Below are positions 1 through 11,486 of a stretch of DNA of 64,000 nucleotides, one piece after another (the stretch's first letter is position 1; each line of letters opens with the position of its first letter). Origin of the DNA: Sphagnum compactum (Eukaryota); the NCBI GenBank assembly GCA_965153455.1, contig OZ234494.1, positions 9,796,001-9,860,000 of the forward strand, given 5' to 3'. Made by a program: the position numbers and the translations under genes. Under the pieces are notes generated by a model. The model had not been told where the DNA came from. It saw only the letters and a program-made list of their open reading frames with translations, and searched no databases.

Positions 1-230
1 GTTATAAATTTAGTTAATACATTGTCACTTTTAACTTTTGTTGAAAAGTCATTTGGCAGAGAAACATTGAAAGCCATGTTGCTGAGAAAAATGTTGTGAT
101 ATTCTTTTCAAATGTAGTAATGTTCATTCATCAAGAATTTGCAATCATTGTGGGCCTAAAACCTACATAACAATATATATTAGGTCCAAAAAGAAAATGA
201 AAGAAAACATCTATCTACAGAGGAAGTTAA

Positions 231-385
231 TTTGTTTTGTTTGTCACATTGAGATCTCCAAAATCACAGCACCCATTGTTGTGCTCTTGGTAATGTTGGA
301 AAGCCCTTGATGAGTATTGGTGCACCAAGTTTGAACATTGACTCATAAGTTTTTAGATCTAAGGTGTGAGAGATATTCAAAATCC
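231..385 (+). repeat. Dispersed repeat; second copy at ~58891-59050 in the same orientation
   Basis: Both loci share tttgtcaYRttgagatctc...ggtaWYgttggaaagcccttRatgagta...ggtgcaYcaag...tttagaYctaWggtg. Confidence 0.7.
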
Positions 386-420
386 AGTTGTGTGCAATTA
401 CAACTACTACAATTATTCTT

Positions 421-545
421 GAACCTTGTGCATTAAATGCTGAGTTTCAGCATTTCATACCCAGATTTAATAAAATTTCCTTACATTGCGGATAACACTG
501 AAAGAGGGGATAGGGGGCGAAAGCAGTGGAGATACGGGGTGAAAC
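421..545 (+). repeat. Dispersed repeat; second copy at ~39331-39455
   Basis: Near-identical aaccttgtgcatYaaatgctgagtttSagcatttcatac..agatttaataaaatttccttacat...cactgaaagaggggat at both loci. Confidence 0.8.
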
Positions 546-1486
546 AGAGGTCGACTTTCTGGATAACTCTATTGGATAAAATTCAACCTATCCTCACACT
601 ATACATCATCTAATCAAGACTCTCTCTCCATTGTTCAAGATTTCATGTTAAAGGGTGAGGATGGGGAAATTACTTACTATTTTGGATGTGGTAGACACTA
701 GTAGAAGCTTGCATACAAGGTATGGGTGGATTTGCTATTTTGAAGGCTTTCCGTAGGTTCACAATTTTGTGCATATAATGAAGAGAACATGTTTCAGGTG
801 TAAGTTCTAATTCCCACCAAGACATCAGAAATTGGCTGGTCAATGTTGCTTCAAAAATGGGCTTTTCTTTGTTTCTAAAAGTATAGCATCAGAAGCGAAG
901 GCCTAGCAACAATTTTTTTAGTTTTGTGCCACTTCCACAAGCCTGTCCTTCAACATTCAGATTGGGTCTCAAATCTGCACTAAAATCTTGGTTGACAATA
1001 GAGTGTCTCTGCCAAGCAGGAGCGAATTACCAACCTGAATAAGAAAACAATTGATGACTCCCATACTGGAGTCGGAATTTCTCTATGACTTAGCAGTGCA
1101 GGCAGATCTGTACACAAAACAATCCCGTGGTAGCCAACCCAGCCAGAAAGTGGGTACACTTGCACCTTGGCATGATGTTTGTTGAGCATGATTTGGCACC
1201 GCACAAGCTTCTAAACATTTGTGTTACTCTGAAAATCAGTCAAAAGAGTAAGCACTTATGGTCAATCCCAATGTGAAATCTCACAACAATTCCGCTTCTA
1301 AATGTGTAGCCAAAGATTGCCAAGGTAATGACCAAGGCACACGTCAGCAGTTCTCACCTATTGAACTTCTCTCCTGCTACCTAGTACAAAATGCTACAAC
1401 AGCCTTCTCGTTTAGTTCATCCTTTTAACCCTGCACTTCAATTTTTGTTAAACATCTGCAACCAAGGTCTTCAGATGCCCTGTACT

Positions 1487-2088
1487 TCAATTAAGTTGAT
1501 CACTGGCAACCAGGTCTTCAACATAATCGTACAACACTTGATCATACAATTTCTTGAGCCGTTCCAAGGCTCGCTCCTTGTCCTTCTCTGGTGCTGTTTC
1601 CAGTTGAAAGTGTGCTGCAATGAATTGTTGAAACCCAGAAGCAGCATCAAACTGCCAAAAAAAATTCACTTATAGCATCAATGTCTGGTCCATATCTTTC
1701 TCCATTCGCATCCAATCCCAGACCTTTTTCTGATTGAAGGAAAGTATGGAAAAACTGGTAATTGAAGATTTGCATCACCATGCAAGGAAACTGTACAGTG
1801 ACAAACATATTCCAACCCATTTTGACTGCCAGCAAGATGTATACACCCATATAACTAGTGAATTACCTGGGCTCGACCACCAGCTTCAAAAGCTAACTTT
1901 GCCAAGTTACAAAGATCCACTTTATGGCCAACCACCTGAGGTTTCCCAGTTGGTACTGGCTTGCCTTTGGCTCGCAAATAGTCATATACTGTCTTCACTG
2001 TGAATCTCTGGTCCTCCACAGGCGGCGCTCCTGCCACTTCATAAGAGTTTTCCCACATTATTTGGACTACCACCTTCAGAACCATCAT
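1487..2088 (-). CDS. ARID/BRIGHT DNA-binding domain ORF (2 exons, 128 aa if initiated at 2088, or a C-terminal extension of the oxygenase)
   Basis: Exons 2088-1867 and 1651-1487 are joined by a 215-nt phase-0 intron (CAG|GTAATT ... TTTTTTTTGGCAG|). The product FTVKTVYDYLRAKGKPVPTGKPQVVGHKVDLCNLAKLAFEAGGRAQ|FDAASGFQQFIAAHFQL...ALERLKKLYDQVLYDY fits the ARID consensus (G.P...P.I.G..lDL..L...V...GG...W..iA..l...L+..Y...L..Y). Confidence 0.72.
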
Positions 2089-4507
2089 GATTGCCTATTC
2101 AGGCATCAAAGTCCCACAAACTATCAAAAGCAGGAAATAAAACAAACCACCAATTCCTAATTATCAGTATAGCTTGTTCAGTTGCTCAACTCTTGTCATG
2201 ATAGCTAATCAGTAAGAAAGTGAGAAAGTGCATGAATTCACCCCTTCCCCTGACATCATTTCTCAGCCTACATGAGAACATGACACAGGTATTGGGTAAT
2301 ATTACTGAACAGCCCAGAAATCCTCCCACCCCAACTTATTTTCAACTATGGAAGAGTTCAGGGTCTTACAAGCATGCTGTGCTTGTTGTGCTTGGCCTGC
2401 CTCCACTGACCCGATCTCTCCATCCTGTGCAGCTGTCCAGCCAGGCTCGTATGCTTCTAGAAATGCCTGTTTGGCTTTGTTGGGCAGATCATGGGGGTGA
2501 ACAAAAGGAACACCTTGGGGCCAACCCATCTCTGCCCTCATTATTGCACATGGGCTGTCAGTTGCACTGAGGTGGTGCTCTTCACATTCCTTCAAATTGC
2601 AGTACCGTACTTTGAGGCCTTTGCTATCTGCAATCTCCTGGACCCGCTCCTTGAGAACTCGTTGGGCTTCAAGCCTCAACCGCTTTGATGGAGCCAGTGG
2701 CTTTCCTCGGGAGACTTGTTTTCGCCGCTTCATTGCAGATTTGATTGCTCCTACAGCAGGAACAAAAACTAGTGAACAATGTTCAGTCAAGGGCATGCAT
2801 CTTACAAGGGATGCTACATAGCAATACAGGTAGAGCTAACTGTCAAAGACAACAAAATGACATCAGATGTTGAAAAAAGTTCAGAGGAAATCCCCAGCCA
2901 AAGTGAGATCACCAAGAATAATTACTTGCGCCCCATGTCATCATCCTCTATGCAGTCTTGCAGAGCACATGACAGTTAGACAAGTTCAGTTTCAGTTGAC
3001 CTCAGTTCAACACCATCAATCCCTCTTCCAACCTCCTAAGCCTCTGTCTTCTCTCTCTTCCTGAAAGCAAGTTGAGAATGGGAGGGACCCACCATCAGAT
3101 GGTGTTGGAAATGTGAGCATAGGAACACCTGGCCGGCTTGCAAGCTGGTCCATTGGATGGGACCTCTGCATGAAATCATGGACAGCAACAGGTTGTTGGA
3201 AGGGACTTGCGACAGGATGTCCTGCAGCTGTCATGGCAGAGCAATGTAAAATGGCTGAGGCTCGTGGCATAAGCTTGAACTCTATAGAGCAACGACCATA
3301 TGGGCTAGAGCCTTGCCCTTGTCTGGCATTGTTGTCCATTCGATGAACTGCAGGAGGAAGATAGCCTCCAGTTGCTTGATAGAGGGACAGTCCTGAGTAC
3401 AATACCATGTCTTGCGGACCCAGCTCAGCATCTACAATGATCCAGTGTCCTTGAAGATCTCGAATTTGGAGGCCAGGCTTATCTGATTTGTGTAGGGTTA
3501 ATAGTCCCTTGTCTGCATCCTCCTCAAAGAGAGGCACACTGCCTTGCTCACCTTCAAGAGGTACAACCGTGTGCTGTGCCCCTGGTCTGCCAAAACATGA
3601 GGTAGTCATATTTCAATACAGATTTGAAGATCTAACTAGTGCAGGCATGATCATGACCTTGCTGCATATCACCTCTCTTAATCAAGGCCTTGAAACTGTC
3701 ACCCTTAATGCTCACTGACAGCCTATTGAGCTCAAACTATTCCCATTCATTTCTTCAATCTTGATTGAAAACTCAGAACTTATTTTCATAACTCTCACTA
3801 CAGAGATGAAACCAGACATCCAGACAAATCCTAACCATCAGGATCGGTACCCATGTAGGACCTTATATTGAACTTCAACCATGCAACTCAGTGCAGCATC
3901 AACAAATAAACACCTTGCAGTCTTCAAAGGACAAACACTTCTGCTCTTCTTACCTATTGTGGCAACAAGTTGACAGCACGGAAGTTGATGTCTCTCCAGT
4001 TTTTAGTGGCACATTATCTAACAGATCTGTAAACGAGAAACTTCGAAGCTCCAGTGAGCAAGCAATGGCATCCAGGATGATGCGAGTTGCCTTCCCCAGC
4101 ACAGCAAAAAGCTCGGACAATCCTGCCGGTGGCAAGTTTGAGACATGGGTCCCAGGCCCTTCAGAAGGAGTTCGCCCTGGGCGGTAGTCATACACCTCTC
4201 TAGCATGCTGACTTTCTGCATAGTAACCTACTGTCCGATTCCAATCTTGAGAGTCTTCTGTGTGTATAGACTCTGGCCCTACCATTGGTTTCTGATGGAA
4301 GAACATCCGCACCGAGTCTAGTACACAACGCAGCAGGACATCATCTCCCGGGGGCAACTGAATGATGGCAGCATTTGAATTCCTCAGAGACTGTGCGAGT
4401 GTTATGACAGCATGCTTGTAAGCATCAGAGGGAAGTCCATCGGCAGCAACCAAGTCCATCAGCCTCACACGAGCTGGGGATGTAATGGCTGCTACCATTG
4501 CGCCCAT
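2039..4507 (-). CDS. Plant 2-oxoglutarate/Fe(II) oxygenase-fold protein (IPNS-like, uncharacterised plant family; resembles the Arabidopsis At3g12940/At3g19895 type), ~494 aa
   Basis: Hand-spliced exons 4507-3954, 3586-3093, 2750-2370, 2094-2039, all GT-AG and phase-compatible (554+494+381+56=1485 nt). Motifs: RVRLMDLVAADGLPSDAYK, DKGLLTLHKSDKPGLQIRD, PAVHR, RCSIEF, and the conserved C-terminal block KPLAPSKRLRLEAQRVLKERVQ...GWPQGVPFVHPHDLPNKAK...YEPGW. The last acceptor is ambiguous (2120, 2094 or 2066). Family assignment is from recall of motifs. Confidence 0.85.
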
Positions 4508-6279
4508 GCACTATATCCTTCGTGGGTGAGTTTTTTGGGGGTGTCTATATATCTATTACTCCAAGAAAAGCTCCCGTGATTGATGCATGTAGAACTGCAA
4601 CTCCTTGACAGCTCAGCAAGGTTTCTATGTAGTCTACACAGATTTGAAAATTCACCCACTTCTTGCAATAAACAGAAGTTACCCTTACAAGCACAGTGAC
4701 AGTCCCCTTCTTCTCTTTCAGTTTCAGACTAAGTCTAGCTCACTGGAACAGATCTGAAGCTCCATTGCAATCCAATCCTAGACCTAAACTAGAAAGCATC
4801 AAAACACTCAGGAAGACAATAGTGCAGTAAATGCTTGAGTGCTTTGTCATCCGTTGTCGAGCCAAACATATCCTTACTTGAGATCCTGTAGTAATGATTC
4901 TTCCACATTCAGTTCTGTAGAATTGTTTGCTGCTAACCCATGGCCAGACCAGTTATTCCTGGCTGTCCTCCTCTTGGTGACCTAACCTTGTACATCTTGA
5001 CTGTATCCGGGCATGCACCACCACTGTAACTACTGCTTCTGGAGAAAAGTATGAACTTGTCTCTTTGCATTTGAGCTTGAAAAAATACCTCCCCTGAGAA
5101 ACAAGGAATTCCCTTCCGGCACCAGAAAACCTTCATACTCGGACTTGGCACTTTGTAACAGTAGTATTCTACTTGTTTTCTCTACTTGCAACTTCCCAGG
5201 ACCCCGTCTGGAAGAAGAACTGATCCGTGCAGGCCATCATCCCATGCTGCTTCAGGAGTGCCTCTGTCTCTGTCCATCTCTCTCTCCCCCTCTCACAACC
5301 TCTCTGCATGCTGTCTAGTACGGTCGTTGCAGCTCCTGGCACCAGCTGCAAGCATTCGAGAGCATTTCAATTCGGTCCAAGCCAGTGTAGTAGAGTTGTC
5401 ACGGATGGGTGCTGCTCAGCTCATCATAGCACACAGAAGAAAATACGAGCGTTGTTGATCGTCAAAAGAAAAACATCATTCCTCTTTCCATCCTGCATGG
5501 GTTCGCCTAATCTCATGATGTTTTACATTAGTGACTTGACCAGATCTCCATTGCCTCTATAAACCAATCCAGGGCTTTAACACAAGAAGCTGCAGAGGGA
5601 AATGGACGTGATGGCAGTGGCAATGAAGGCGGGTCTGATCAACAAAAGAGATGGTCCGCCTTGCTCGTCAACCTCAAAAACCGCACTCCTCAAATATCCG
5701 CTGTTTACCCACCAGCTTCACCCACCAGGCTTCAGTTTCTTCTCCGAGCTCCAAACAGGAGTCCAACAATATCCAAGCAGCACCACACACACACACACAC
5801 AGACCCACCCAGCTTTTCTCTGTGATCTGTCAGCTAAAAACCGAAACCAAAACTCACCGACTAGAAAAACCCAAAACCAGAACTCCCCGACAGAACCACC
5901 CACAAACCCAGTCTCGTATCTCCTCTTTTCCCCAGCCTGCTCACTCCATCACCTTCACTCTCTACTACTACTAGTAGTTCAAAACCCACAACAGTCCATA
6001 CAGCTGCTCCCAAAACAAAGTTCCAAAACTCAGACTTCGGGCCTCAAAAACCCACACACACACACAACAACAACAACAACAACAACAACAAAAAACACAC
6101 ACCAGTCTAGTTTCCCACGTCAAAGTTTCTCCCACCACAAACCTCCAGAACAAAAACCAAAGCAACGACAGCAGGTAGTCGGCAGTGCACAGACAGTAGT
6201 TTCCGAACCCTCCCCCATCCTCTCCTTTACTACTCCCCCTGGGTCCTTTCCCAAACCCCCCCCGGCTCGCTCCACCCCA

Positions 6280-6850
6280 CCTACATGACGACTGGACAAG
6301 AGAACACACTCGCACTCTGGTGTCTCTCGCTCGCCGCAGGTAGGTATCGTTCTCTCTCGCGAGCGCTCTCTCTCTCTCTCTCTCTCCCTGTCCTGTTGCT
6401 GCTTGGCTTGACTGCAAAACCCCCGCAGCGCTTGCAACGAAAACCTTCGGTACCACGGAGAACTGGAGACTCCCGCCTTTGGGCCGCCCGCCAGCCTGCC
6501 CGGGCCCGCAACCAGCACCAAAGTTTGCCACGATGCGTGGCCCGGGCTTTTTTTTTTTGGTAGCTTAGCGCGCGATGGCGGGCAGTGCACGCGGCCTTGG
6601 CCGGGGCGGGCTCAGTCAGTCAGTCGGTCAGTCAGTCTCTTCTGTCTGCCTGTCTGTCTGTCAGTCAGCTGCGGTCAACCGGAACTAACCCGCTGCCCGT
6701 CCACGTGCCGGTAAATGCCAGCCGCTATTTACCGGACCTGGCTCTAGGTCCGGCAAATGGCTGCAGCAGCCTCGTTTCAGGTTCGGAACCGAATCTAGGT
6801 GTCTCGTATCTTCGCACCCACGCACGAACGAACGAACGAACGAGCGAACG
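6280..6850 (-). promoter_or_regulatory. GC/CpG-rich promoter and likely first non-coding exon of the oxygenase gene
   Basis: Abrupt GC-rich island with a (GA)n tract on the minus strand, ~1.8-2.3 kb upstream of the ATG at 4507. It borders AT-rich repeats from ~6860. Confidence 0.5.
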
Positions 6851-6884
6851 AAGCTCCCATTTTGTTCCCATCACTAAACTTTCA

Positions 6885-7275
6885 TGAATTTAAGTTCCCA
6901 TTAAATTGAGGTATTTCTCTTTTTATTTCATGTTTCACATTAAATTCATGTATTTCACTTTTCATTTCAAGTTTTACATTAAATTGATGTTTCAAGTTTC
7001 ACATTAACTTGATGAATTTGACATTTTCAATCAAGTTTTCTATTCAATTTATGTATTTGACTTATTTTTATCAATTTTTACATCCATCGAATTGATGATT
7101 CTGACCTTTTTATACCAAGTTTTACATTAAATTGATGTTTTTGACTTTTTTATTTCAACTTTTACTACATGAAATGAATGATTTTTAATTTTAATTTCTA
7201 GTTTGTACATGAAATTGATGGATTTGACATTTTTATTTCAAGTTTTACAATTAAATCTAGGTATTTGACTTTAAT
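6885..7275. repeat. Degenerate AT-rich tandem repeat, ~40-bp unit
   Basis: Recurrent tttcaagttttacattaaattgatg(ta)tttgacttttt motif, roughly 9-10 degenerate copies. Confidence 0.65.
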
Positions 7276-8559
7276 TGAATTTACACTGAGACTTACATTA
7301 CTATTGTTTGGGGGGTTTTTGCTAATTTTTTGGCTTCATTTTTCCCTATTTTAGAAATATTCCTACGTTCAATATTTGAGTTGATATTAGTATGGAAACT
7401 ATAAGTGGGATATCATCATTATCTTCATTGTCATCATCTTCTAACTTCTTGTTCTTCTTTACACTTTCATTTTGTCTCAATTTGCTCAATGTTTTGTCTT
7501 CACAACTTATTGGTACTAACTATATTGCAATGTTCAACTCCTCCTCTTCCTTGCTCTCTCATGATTCATCTCCTTGTTGTCCAGGTCAATTCTTGTCAAA
7601 CTTGAGTACCCAATATGTCCCTGTTAATAACTTGACTCTTGTGAATTAATTACTAAATCTTTGCTGAACAAAAAGGACTACTAGGTATTGATACTACTAT
7701 TATGGAATGTTATTGTCTTGGGTTGTATTGTATTGTTCATACATTGAATACAATACAATACATTCCATACCATACAATATGTCATGTATTGTATTGTATT
7801 GTTCATATTGGGTTGTATTGTATTATACAATACAATACAATGCCATGTTCATTAGGCGAGGTGGGAATTTTTTTTTTTTTTTTAAGGTGATGAGAGCCTC
7901 ATTACATGCATGGGTATTTGGACGGGGAAATATCAATTCAAAATCTTTGCGGAACACCGCCCATCCCCAAAGGGACAACTTGTATAGGGTAGTAGCTTGG
8001 GAGCATGGAAAAAATTAAACTAACTTATGGGAAGGACCAAGACAAGGATGAATGTACTACTACCACTACCACTACCTATTGCACATACAAAGCAAAAGTG
8101 CATAGAATGTGAAGAAGATTGGTCAAAGCAAAGACTTGACACAAACTCTTGCCTACAAAGCCTGCAAAGGGGGGGGGAGGGGGTGGGGTGAGAGGGGGGG
8201 TGGTGGGAAGGAAGGGGTAGCCTGGAGGTATTCCTTTCTGTCTAAAAAGCCTGGTACTTAATTCCTTTCCCCATACTGGGGATGTGGAAATGGGGACCAC
8301 CCTAAGTAGGTAGACCAAAAGAGGGGGGGCGGGGGGCAGGGGGGGGGTGTAGCCATTTGTCATATATTAAGGCTTATACACTTTACGGTACCCACCCTTA
8401 TCTGGAAAGGTGAAAAGGTCGGCCAAAGAAGCAATTTAGACTTCTTTACAGCTTCCTTCCGGGCGGTTTTGTATCTTGTCCTTCTTTGCTCATGGGTTGG
8501 GTTGTTTTTGCATTTGTTTCTAGTTTTTGAGGCCAAAGTGACCCAACATCCGACACCAT

Positions 8560-8625
8560 GACCAGGATGGATGGATGGATGGATGGATAGTGGGTGGACA
8601 AGAAACAATTTTCCATTGTGTTTCC
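8560..8625 (+). repeat. Dispersed (GGAT)n-containing repeat; related copy at ~58240-58335
   Basis: Shared atggatgga...tagtgg...gtggacaagaaaca.ttt..cattg.gtt.cc. Confidence 0.55.
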
Positions 8626-9073
8626 AATACTACTTACACACCGTAATTAGGTTAGATCAGTTAGGTTAGATCAGTTGCTGTGGTTAAGTACCTACATTCT
8701 AACAAAGCCATGTACCCTTACCCAACTTATTACTAACAGTATATACATATATGCTTTTTTTTGTCCCTCCAATTTGCTCTTGTTTATTCTAGTTTACTAC
8801 TCCCATGCAATGTTTTTCTCTAAAAGATTTTTTTTTTTTCCATCTCCCTTTTCTTCTCCCTCGAAAGTATGATGCTGACAGAAAGCAAGAGAATATATAT
8901 ATTTGCTGAGTTGCCTTGTGTAAAGAGGTAAGCGTGGGATGTTAAAGAATTAAAGCATAGTGTATTTTTGTATGGATGTCTAGGCGCAAAAGTGCCTCAG
9001 ATGAACCATAAAAACAGCCATAATGTGACACTTAGCATAGCATGATCTCAAAATCACATATATACATAAATAT

Positions 9074-9076
<3 letters not shown>

Positions 9077-9109
<33 letters not shown>
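9077..9109. repeat. (TA)n microsatellite
   Basis: Pure TA run of about 16 units. Confidence 0.9.
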
Positions 9110-9112
<3 letters not shown>

Positions 9113-10935
9113 TGTTGGGTGATTCTCTCTTTTCCAAAGAAAGAATCTATGGTTCCGTAAGGGTTGAGTATATGGCCAACCAATCAAAGAACTGCCCAAC
9201 ACTGATATGTATTAGAGATATTCGTAAAGTAATGAAAAGACAGCACCAGAACCTTGAGTTTGGTCATAAACTGGGTGAGATTCATTCAAAGAAAACTTGA
9301 AAAAGAAAGTATATTAGCATTCAAGGGGGGTTGAAACTCAGGTACCATATATTGTAGTAGGCTCCACAAATTCCCCATAGTTTACACAAGAGTTGGTTGC
9401 AAAAGAGTTAGTTATAGAATGAGTGAGGCAAGTTTTAGAAAGCCACCGAGAAAAAAAAATAGGAACTTGGAAGAATAATGGTTACTTACTTACTTACTTG
9501 CATCCGAGAGAGGTGTACTCTATGAGGTAACAAAAAGTTGCAACATTATTAGTTAGAGCTTCCAGTTCCAGTTGGGTGTCGTCATCCCTTGTGTTACAAG
9601 GGGACAAGATTGATGTCTGGAGTTCTGGAGTCTCTGGTAATCTGGACACCACACCCTGGGGAGTCTGATCTGAACACACACATTTTCTCTGATGAAGTGT
9701 TTGAAGGGTCTATGATGATACTGTCAGGAATCCAGCAAGAAATTTGGACATTGCTGAGAATGAGGAAGAAGGTCATATTAGATAATGGCAATTGGGTGAG
9801 CCAAGGACTCAGCCAAATGAGCTGGAGGACACAACCCCATTACAACAAAAGAAGGTGTCTTTGTTGTACGTCAAGTGATTTCACTAGATTTAACTGAATT
9901 CATCAATCTTAATAAATGAAGACTAATTGAAAAATAATGAATCCACTGATCTAGTGAACAAAGCCCAGTGAACTGCACTCACATTTTGTAGTCCCTTCAC
10001 CCCACCCCCATGGTCTGATCAATGGCTCATTACCGAACAAAACCAGCACTCCAAATTTAGTACTACTTAGTAGGAACAACAATGTTGTTTTGTGTTGTTG
10101 ACTTGCATCTGAAATAGCAGTTGACCCTGAGAGTCTTAGGGTGAAGGGCCCCAATCTTTCTCTCTCCTCTCTCTCTCTTAAGCCATGATTCCAAAAGTAA
10201 CAACGATCTTTTCTTTCTTGCACTTACTTGAGTTGTTTGGAAGAGATTAGACCACCAACTAAAGAACACCCAATGTAGAGCTTACTAGGAACTAGGTGTG
10301 GAGTTTGTGCTTGTGGTCTTCTACTTTGTGGAAAGGGAAAGTGTATTCTTGATACAAAAGTTTTGGGGGGGAAAAAAAAATAGTCAAGCCCACCTAGGAG
10401 GAGTTTGATAAGGAGTCTTGGGGTCAAACAAGGGAATGAGCGACAGGTAAAGCTTCTAAGTACAAGAACACCCCCACCAAGGAATCCAAGTATTCATGAA
10501 AACAACTCCTTAAAAGACCCTAACATTTGGCTCTACAAGTATGATTATATGAGAAGAGAGGATGTCATTCCTTTCGACAATACCCTTTCTTGGTACCTTC
10601 TTGTTGTTGTGATTCATTCATTCATTCATCTACAACTGAGTCACAGTGGGTTTCCAATGGATGAGGCAATAGTCAGTGCTGGGTTGACATAATCCGAAAC
10701 AAAATTGGCCATGAGTGCAGAAGCCTCTGATGATCAGCTCAGCTCAGCTCAGCTTATTAGGACTAAAAGCAATGTCACAATCTCTCATTACTTCTTCAAG
10801 AGAGCTTGGCAGGAAAGGTTAAGATAGGAGTCAGCCCACTGACTTCGAAACTGGAGTCTTCAAAAACACTCTTCCCAAACCCAAAAAAAAATTTGTGTCA
10901 GATGCTTTTGGAAGTTTCAAAGGACTTCCGTAGTA

Positions 10936-11133
10936 TTTTGGGTTAAGAAGTTTGGTCAAGCATATACTACCAAATTTTAGGGTTAACAGAATTTAGGGTT
11001 AAGAATATAGGTCAAGCATATACTACCAACTTTTAGGGTTAAGAAGATAGGTCAAGCATATACTACCAAATTTTAGGGTTAACAAGAATATAGGGTTAAG
11101 AAGATAGGTCAAGCATATACCACCAAATTCTAG
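10936..11133. repeat. Tandem repeat, ~40-bp core unit containing TTTAGGG, 4 core copies
   Basis: (tttagggttaagaagataggtcaagcatatactaccaaa)n with short internal duplications. Confidence 0.85.
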
Positions 11134-11242
11134 AACCATGTTTTACTTACTTCTCACTTTGTTTTTGTGGATTATGAATAAGAGGAGGTACTTAAGGGGA
11201 TTCCAAATTTTCAGCTGTCATATGATATTGCATTTACTGTAG

Positions 11243-11486
11243 TAGTACCTGGACTCATTCAACAGCAAGGTGCCTAATAATTAGTATTTTTTGGGTTATT
11301 TACTTTTGGCAGTAAAAAATAATAATTTTGCATAATTAGACACTATATTAAGTAATGAAACTAGTGTGCTTGATTTGAGAATTTTCTTTCAGATTTGCAG
11401 CATGGCAGATAGATATTTTTCAAAAACAAAAAAAAAATCCATAATTAATTAATTAATGAAGTAGTGACTAACGAGTCTAGGTACTA
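11243..11486. mobile_element. MITE with 17-bp TIR (TA termini); inverted related copy at ~56600-56850
   Basis: Left end TAGTACCTGGACTCATT; reverse complement of right end TAGTACCTAGACTCGTT (15/17 match). The internal sequence aligns by eye with the reverse complement of ~56640-56850. Confidence 0.7.

Noticed and set aside
5395-5430. C/D-box snoRNA (ATGATGA...CTGA on the minus strand)
   Set aside because: The boxes are adjacent with no room for a guide, and there is no terminal stem.
5602-6590. Long ORFs of 228, 186 and 156 aa on both strands
   Set aside because: Open frames arise from (CA)n, (ACA)n and (CT)n low-complexity sequence in a GC-rich promoter/first-intron region; no protein motifs.
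8165-8350. G-quadruplex-prone G-runs
   Set aside because: They lie in repeat-like sequence with no evidence of function.
10936-11133. Interstitial telomere
   Set aside because: TTTAGGG occurs only once or twice per ~40-55-bp unit, never as a tandem telomeric run.
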